Assembly: GCF_003353065.1 (NCBI RefSeq)
Contig: NZ_CP027806.1
Location: forward strand, 1,411,353 to 1,443,352
Source of the DNA: Cyclonatronum proteinivorum
GTDB lineage: Bacteria; Bacteroidota; Rhodothermia; Balneolales; Cyclonatronaceae
Direction: 5' to 3'
Length of the DNA stretch: 32,000 nt
Position 1 is the first letter of the stretch, and each line of letters starts with the position of its first letter. The translations under genes and the position numbers were made by a program. The notes beneath the pieces were generated by a model. That model did not search any database, had not been told where the DNA came from, and saw only the letters and a list, made by a program, of their open reading frames with translations. This document shows, piece after piece, positions 1 to 5,189 of the stretch.

Positions 1-498
1 GCTACTGCACAAATTGTACAACAAATACAGATTGAAAGAATCACGAGCCTTGAATTTGGTCTATTGGTTCCTGATGAAACAAAATCAATCTTAGTGACCG
101 GTGCACCTGCAGGAACTCCGTCTGTTACAAGTCCAACTAGCGCCGCAAGATTTACAATAACAAAGTCGGGCATACCTGTTACTTTTACCTTGGCGCTTCC
201 TTCAGTGCTTGATGGTTTAGCAAGTACTCCAACTGAGGGCGAAACTTTAGCCTTAAACTTCGATGATACCGCAGATGGTGATAATCCAAATTTAGGCCTT
301 GTAACAGATGCCGACGGTACTAATACCTATGCATTTACCCCTGTTGATGGTGCATCTGTAGATTTAGAAACTGAAGCTTCAGCATTTGATACACTTACAA
401 CTTTTGATATTGTAATCGGTGGTACAGTTGTAGCAAGTGATACACAAGTGGCAGGAAATTACCGTGGAGTAATTACACTTACAGTTGACTACAACTAA
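1..498 (+). CDS. DUF4402 / spore-coat-protein-U-like secreted fimbrial subunit (5' end outside window)
   Basis: Frame 1 is open from base 1 (ATAQIVQQIQIERITSLEFGLLVPDE...), so the ATG at 64 is internal. The sequence is T/S/G/A/V-rich and ends ...QVAGNYRGVITLTVDYN, the C-terminal signature I associate with DUF4402/SCPU-type pilins. A PapD-like chaperone gene follows directly. It is markedly AT-richer than the neighbours. Confidence 0.7.
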   Translation, partial: ATAQIVQQIQIERITSLEFGLLVPDETKSILVTGAPAGTPSVTSPTSAARFTITKSGIPVTFTLALPSVLDGLASTPTEGETLALNFDDTADGDNPNLGLVTDADGTNTYAFTPVDGASVDLETEASAFDTLTTFDIVIGGTVVASDTQVAGNYRGVITLTVDYN

Positions 499-607
499 AT
501 CTCTTAATTCTAATCCTGATTAAGTAGATTCACAGGCCTCAAATACCTATTATGCGGTCTAAGCACTGCACTTTATATATGTTAACTGAAGCCTGACTCC
601 CGCTATC

Positions 608-1498
608 ATGATTCGTTCCGAGGAAAAGTTCCCCATGTCCCGCAAACTGCTTTCTGTAACCGGCTTTATGCTGCTGTTCGGCCTGCTGATGGTCCCGTTT
701 TGGGGCGGCAGCGCACAGCAGGCGCAGGCACAGGTCAGCCTCGCCCCGACATCTCTTTTTATATTTGAGACAGGTGGCATTGGCGAGTTATTTGTAAGTA
801 ACCGCAGTCAAATACCGCAGGAAGTGAATGTGCGGTTTGAGTTTCAGTTCCCGACCTCCGATGCGGAGGGCAACATCCGCATGACAGAAGGGGATGAGGC
901 GATTGCGGCCGAATGGGGACTGGGAGAAATGGTTCGGGTCTTCCCGAGGCGGCTCGTGCTGCAGCCGGGCGAAACACAAACCCTGCGGGTACAGGTTCGC
1001 CCGATGCGCGACCGGCCCGACGGCATGTTTTTCACCCGCGCCATTGTGAGCTCGAACGCCCTGCAGCAGGATGTCGGTCAGCAGGAAGCGGCCGAAGGCA
1101 TCCGCACGCAGATCAACTACATCCTCGAGCAGTCCATCCCCGTGTTCTACCGCAGGGGCAGCAACACCACCGGCGTGGACGTAGAACGAATCGAAGCGAG
1201 CCGTGCCGAACAGGGCCTGAACCTGCTGGTTCACCTGCAGCGCACGGGCAACAGTCCTTTTATGGGTACCATGGGTGCCCAATTGTTCGATATGAACGGC
1301 AATCAGCTTGCCGAAAGCAGCTCCTCGGCCTTCCTCTACTTTGATGAACGCCGCCGGATGACGCTTCGGCACGAGGACCTGCCCCCGGGCCGCTACCGGG
1401 TCGAGCTTTGGTTCGAAACACAGCGGCGCGACATGGCCTCGGGCAATATCGTACAGGCACCCCGCATCACCCACAGCACGATTGTAGAATTACCCTGA
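608..1498 (+). CDS. PapD-like periplasmic pilus chaperone (paralog 1)
   Basis: Signal peptide (...GFMLLFGLLMVPFWGGSAQQAQAQ) followed by a PapD/FimC-like pattern. The pattern elements are VSLAPTSLFIF...ELFVSN, VRVFPRRLVLQPGETQTLRVQVRP...DGMFFTRAIV, and IPVFYRRG (compare the FYRP motif of classical chaperones). Alternative start ATG at 635. Confidence 0.75.
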   Translation: MIRSEEKFPMSRKLLSVTGFMLLFGLLMVPFWGGSAQQAQAQVSLAPTSLFIFETGGIGELFVSNRSQIPQEVNVRFEFQFPTSDAEGNIRMTEGDEAIAAEWGLGEMVRVFPRRLVLQPGETQTLRVQVRPMRDRPDGMFFTRAIVSSNALQQDVGQQEAAEGIRTQINYILEQSIPVFYRRGSNTTGVDVERIEASRAEQGLNLLVHLQRTGNSPFMGTMGAQLFDMNGNQLAESSSSAFLYFDERRRMTLRHEDLPPGRYRVELWFETQRRDMASGNIVQAPRITHSTIVELP

Positions 1499-1534
1499 TG
1501 GAGGTTTGAGTTCAGCGTTTTTTGGACGCAGGAC

Positions 1535-1696
1535 CGGAGACGGAAGACGGAGATCAGAGATCAGAAGTCAGAGGTCAGTGGTCAGTGGTCAGAAGACGGA
1601 TGACGGATGACGGAAGCCAAAAGCCAGAGGTCGGAAGTCAGAGGTCGGAAGCCAACGGTCAAAAAACCGCGGTCTGCGGTCTGCCGTCTGCGGTCA
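1535..1696. repeat. Mosaic heptanucleotide-period tract (about 23 consecutive 7-mers)
   Basis: The tract reads GACGGAA GACGGAG ATCAGAG ATCAGAA GTCAGAG GTCAGTG GTCAGTG GTCAGAA GACGGAT GACGGAT GACGGAA GCCAAAA GCCAGAG GTCGGAA GTCAGAG GTCGGAA GCCAACG GTCAAAA ... GCGGTCT GCGGTCT GCCGTCT GCGGTC. The strict 7-bp register is kept while the word changes every 2-3 copies. Confidence 0.9.
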
Positions 1697-1746
1697 ACAC
1701 CCAAAACCTCTTCAGGAAGACACATTCACATTATTATTCCATATAT

Positions 1747-2340
1747 ATGCTATTGCAACGTAGTTCCTTTTGTGAGCGCTTTCAGCGTGCCCTGTGCGGC
1801 CTTGTGCTGCTTGCGGGTTTGCTGCTGAGCAGCGCTTTATGGAGCAGTTCAGGCATTGCGCAGGCGCAAAACGGCGATGACCCTACGACAGCGACCATCA
1901 GCGTTACGGGCACGGTCATTCTCGGCCTCACCATTGAAGGGGTGCTCGATCTCGTCTTTGATGATATCGTAGCCGGCGATCCGAAAACCATCAACCTTGA
2001 TGGCACGGCAACCGGTGCATCCGTAACCGGTGAAGAGCAGGCCGGCAAGTTCCGCATCGACACAAGGGGGAACTTCACCCTCGAGTTCGTCGATCTGCCG
2101 AACGAAATGATTGGTCCCGACGGGGCCTCCATGCCGGTGAGCTTCTTTAGCGGCTGGTCAGAAGATGATGACGGCGCCAATGCCACCAATCCTGTAGAAA
2201 CCGGCGCCCCAACGCCGGTGCTTGTACCCGAGAGCGAAGTCTTCGTCTTCCTCGGGGCAACCGTAGAACCCCCGCCCACCCAAACACTGGGGCAATACGA
2301 AACCACCGTAACCCTCCGCGCCACCTTCGGCGTGGACTAA
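1747..2340 (+). CDS. DUF4402-like secreted fimbrial subunit (second subunit)
   Basis: The start is moved to ATG 1747 (residue 76 of the tracked ORF) because the upstream 225 nt translate the heptamer tract. From 1747 there is a signal peptide (MLLQRSS...LVLLAGLLLSSALWSSSGIAQAQ). The mature part runs ISVTGTVILGLTIEGVLDLVFDDIVAG...GKFRI...TLGQYETTVTLRATFGVD, the same architecture as the first subunit. Confidence 0.65.
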   Translation: MLLQRSSFCERFQRALCGLVLLAGLLLSSALWSSSGIAQAQNGDDPTTATISVTGTVILGLTIEGVLDLVFDDIVAGDPKTINLDGTATGASVTGEEQAGKFRIDTRGNFTLEFVDLPNEMIGPDGASMPVSFFSGWSEDDDGANATNPVETGAPTPVLVPESEVFVFLGATVEPPPTQTLGQYETTVTLRATFGVD

Positions 2341-2421
2341 ACAAAGGAAACGGTCGGCAAAAACTAAAAAAGTCAGTGATTCGCAGACCCCAAAAGGATG
2401 CGAAACACTGGCTTTGGTTTT

Positions 2422-2548
2422 GAGTTCAGAGTTCGGAGTTCAAAGTTCAGAGTGATTAGTGATTAGTGATTAGTGATTAGTGATTAGTTTCTGGTTTCTG
2501 GTTTCTGACATCTGACATCTGTCTTCTGTCTTCTGTCTTCTGGATTTT
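2422..2548. repeat. Mosaic heptanucleotide-period tract
   Basis: GAGTTCA GAGTTCG GAGTTCA AAGTTCA, then GTGATTA x5, GTTTCTG x3, ACATCTG x2, TCTTCTG x3. An unbroken 7-bp register runs for about 125 bp. Confidence 0.9.
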
Positions 2549-2592
2549 GAACAAGATTTTATCGTGGTATGCATTCAATCCCAGAATATTTG

Positions 2593-2656
2593 AATCATCA
2601 AATCATCAAATCCTTGAATCTTTGAATCCTCAAATCTTTGAATCCCCGAATCCCCC
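2593..2656. repeat. Octanucleotide-period tract, AATCNNNN x8
   Basis: AATCATCA AATCATCA AATCCTTG AATCTTTG AATCCTCA AATCTTTG AATCCCCG AATCCCCC, read directly from the sequence. Confidence 0.9.
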
Positions 2657-2745
2657 TGTATCCGGCGACACCCTGACATATTGAAACACTGACATACTGT
2701 AAACCCCATATCATCCTCTTCAGTTTTCTGATCGCTTCAGCGCTG

Positions 2746-3546
2746 ATGCTGTTTCCGGCCCTGGTATGGGCGCAGATTACGATTACGCCTACCATCGTCT
2801 TCATGCATGATGGAGACCCTGCCGGGCGTATTACGATTACCAACAGTTCGGATGTGCCGCAGGAGGTGAATATCAGCCTCAGTTTTGGCTATCCGGATTC
2901 TGATGAGGCGGGAAATTTGCTGATGAATTATGAAGATGAAGAAGCGGCAGCGCGGTTCGGGCTCGATGATGTGATGCGGGTTTTTCCGCGACGCTTTGAG
3001 CTGGCGCCGGGAGAAAATCAGATCCTGCGCATGCAGGTACAGCAGGCAGGGATGCGCGCTCGCGAAGACGGGCTCCACTGGACCCGTATGAACATCACCT
3101 CCAACGAGCGCACCCGCGCCGTTGATGAGGGTGGAGCAGACCGGATCGGGGCGCGCATCAGTTACCGGATTCAGCAGAACATCGGCATTTTTTACAGGAA
3201 GGGGGAGGTCCGTACGGGCCTCGAACTGCTGCAGCTCAGCGACCGCCGCGATGCGGAAACCGGCGAGCTGCACCTCATCCCCCGCCTGCAGCGCACGGGC
3301 AACAGTCCGTTTATGGGCACCATGTTCGCAAGCCTCCGCGACGCGAGCGGCGCGGTTGTACGCGAAAGCGAGCGCACCTTCAGCGTGTACTTCACCCAAA
3401 CCCGCCCCATCACCCTCGACACCACCGACCTCCCCCCGGGCCGCTACACCGCCCGCCTCCGCTTAGAACCCACCCGTACCGACCTCAACCCCCGCGACCA
3501 AATCCCCGGCGAACCCTTAGAAATCGACCTGGAGGTCGCATGGTAA
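2746..3546 (+). CDS. PapD-like periplasmic pilus chaperone (paralog 2)
   Basis: Same pattern as paralog 1: ITITPTIVFM...ITITNSS, MRVFPRRFELAPGENQILRMQVQ, IGIFYRKG, LQRTGNSPFMGTM, DLPPGRY. The ATG at 2746 leaves only MLFPALVWAQ as a signal peptide. The frame is open back to 2677 and encodes a hydrophobic extension (IILFSFLIASAL), so the true start may be a non-ATG codon upstream. Confidence 0.7.
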   Translation: MLFPALVWAQITITPTIVFMHDGDPAGRITITNSSDVPQEVNISLSFGYPDSDEAGNLLMNYEDEEAAARFGLDDVMRVFPRRFELAPGENQILRMQVQQAGMRAREDGLHWTRMNITSNERTRAVDEGGADRIGARISYRIQQNIGIFYRKGEVRTGLELLQLSDRRDAETGELHLIPRLQRTGNSPFMGTMFASLRDASGAVVRESERTFSVYFTQTRPITLDTTDLPPGRYTARLRLEPTRTDLNPRDQIPGEPLEIDLEVAW

Positions 3547-3589
3547 ATGGGAAAGCGCACCTAAAACGCAACCGCCGAAGAGATGGAGT

Positions 3590-5125
3590 GTCGGGTTCGG
3601 GAAGTGTGGTGGGGATGGTGGGGAAGGGCTCCAAATTCGCCTCTTCAGAGGGGAATTTTGCGGGTTCTTCGCGGGAAATGGAACCGAGTAGCCATGCCAA
3701 ATTAAGCGTCCGACCTCCGAAATTACTTCCCCCCTCCGCTCTTCCCAATTCCCCTCTCGAGAGGGGTGCCCCCGGGAAAAAGTCTTTCGAAGGCAAAAAT
3801 GCCGGAACAGCCCCCAATTTTAAAATAGCCCTTATGCCATTGGGGCGGGGTGTGGAAATGTTGTCAAGTGGGAAGGCCCCCGAAATTACCACGAAAGCCG
3901 GTTACACGCACCGCGTACCCAACATCGAGAGCAATGATGTACCGGGTTGTGCCGGGGCCCCGTGCCCTCCACACCCCGCCCGTTCGCTGCGCTCACCGGG
4001 GCACCCCTCTCGAGAGGGGAATTTTTCTGGTTCTTCGAAGAAAGTTGAACCGAAAGACCTTGCCAAATTAAGCGTCCGACTTCCGAAATTACTTACCCCC
4101 TCCGCTCTCCCCAATTCCCCTCTCGAGAGGGGTGCCCCCGGGAAAAAGTCTTTCGAAGTCACAAAGATCAGAACAGCCCCCAATTTCAAAATGGCCCTTA
4201 TGCCATCGGGGCGGGGTGTGGAAATGTTGTCAAGAGGGAAAAACCCAATTATCACCCCGAAAGCAAGCAACACGCACCACGTACCCCACATCGAGAGCTA
4301 TGATGTGCCGGTAGGTGCCGGGGTCATGTGCCCTCCACACCCCGCCCGTTCGCTGCGCTCACCCGGGCACCCCTCTCGAGAGGGGAATTTTGCTGGTTCT
4401 TCGCAGAAAGTAGAACCGAAGCACCTTCCCAAATTAAGCGTCCGACTTCCGAAAGTAATTACCCCCTCCGCACTCCCCAATTCCCCTCTCGAGAGGGGTG
4501 CCCCCTGGAAAAATTTGTTCAAATGCAAAAAAGCCAGGACAGCCCATAATTTAAAAATGGCCCCGAAGCCATCGGGGCGGGGTGTGGAAATGTTGTCAAG
4601 TGGGAAGGCCCCCGAAATTACCACGAAAGCGGGTTACACGCACCACGTACCCAACATCGAGAGCAATGATGTACCGGGTGGTGCCGGGGTCTCGTGCCCT
4701 CCACACCCCGCCCGTTCGCTGCGCTCACCCGGGCACCCCTCTCGAGAGGGGAATTTTTCTGGTTCTTCGAAGAAAGTTGAACCGAAGCACCTTCCCAAAT
4801 TAAGCGTCCGACTTCCGAAAGTAATTACCCCCTCCGCACTCCCCAATTCCCCTCTCGAGAGGGGTGCCCCCGGGAAAAAGTCTTTCGAAGTCACAAAGAT
4901 CAGAACAGCCCCCAATTTCAAAATGGCTCCGTTGCCAATGGGGCGGGGTGTGGAAATGTTGTCAAGTGGGAAAAACCCAATTATCACCCTGAAAGCCTGC
5001 AACGCGCACCACGTACCCCACATCGAGAGCAATGATGTTCCGGGTTGTGCCGGGGTCTCGTGCCCTCCACACCCCGCCCGTTCGCTGCGCTCACCCGGGC
5101 ACCCCTCTCGAGAGGGGAGTTTTGC
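3590..5125. repeat. Tandem array of a 366-bp unit (~4.2 copies) carrying 8 perfect copies of the palindrome CCCCTCTCGAGAGGGG plus one degenerate copy
   Basis: Perfect palindromes lie at 3751, 4117, 4483 and 4849 (flank orientation B) and at 4004, 4370, 4736 and 5102 (flank orientation A). A degenerate A copy lies near 3638. All same-type spacings are exactly 366 bp. Extended ~23-28-bp flanks (GGGCACCCCTCTCGAGAGGGGAATT) are inverted between the A and B sites. Confidence 0.95.
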
Positions 5126-5189
5126 CAATCCCGCCGCGGTCTGCCGGCTGCGGTCTGCCGTCCTGGTCCCTTTATTGCTGCTGATTTTC

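Noticed and set aside
1522-1746. N-terminal 75 residues of tracked ORF 1522-2340
   Set aside because: It is a translation of the heptamer-period tract (repetitive SEVRGQ/DDG peptide). A proper signal peptide begins at ATG 1747.
3590-5125. CRISPR array
   Set aside because: The sequences between the palindromes are themselves conserved from unit to unit, so there are no unique spacers. The period is 366 bp and no cas genes are in the window.
3540-5189. The first ~550 codons of the tracked 1533-aa ORF as a genuine N-terminal repeat domain of the usher-like protein
   Set aside because: The segment is a DNA-level tandem repeat with perfectly conserved palindromes and inverted repeats. The peptide is K/R/H/P-rich in an acidic proteome. 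It would also place ~530 residues in front of the only signal-peptide-like segment of an outer-membrane protein. Copy differences are mostly non-synonymous. It is not fully excluded, because the period is a multiple of 3 and the frame is open; this is kept as a caveat in the findings.
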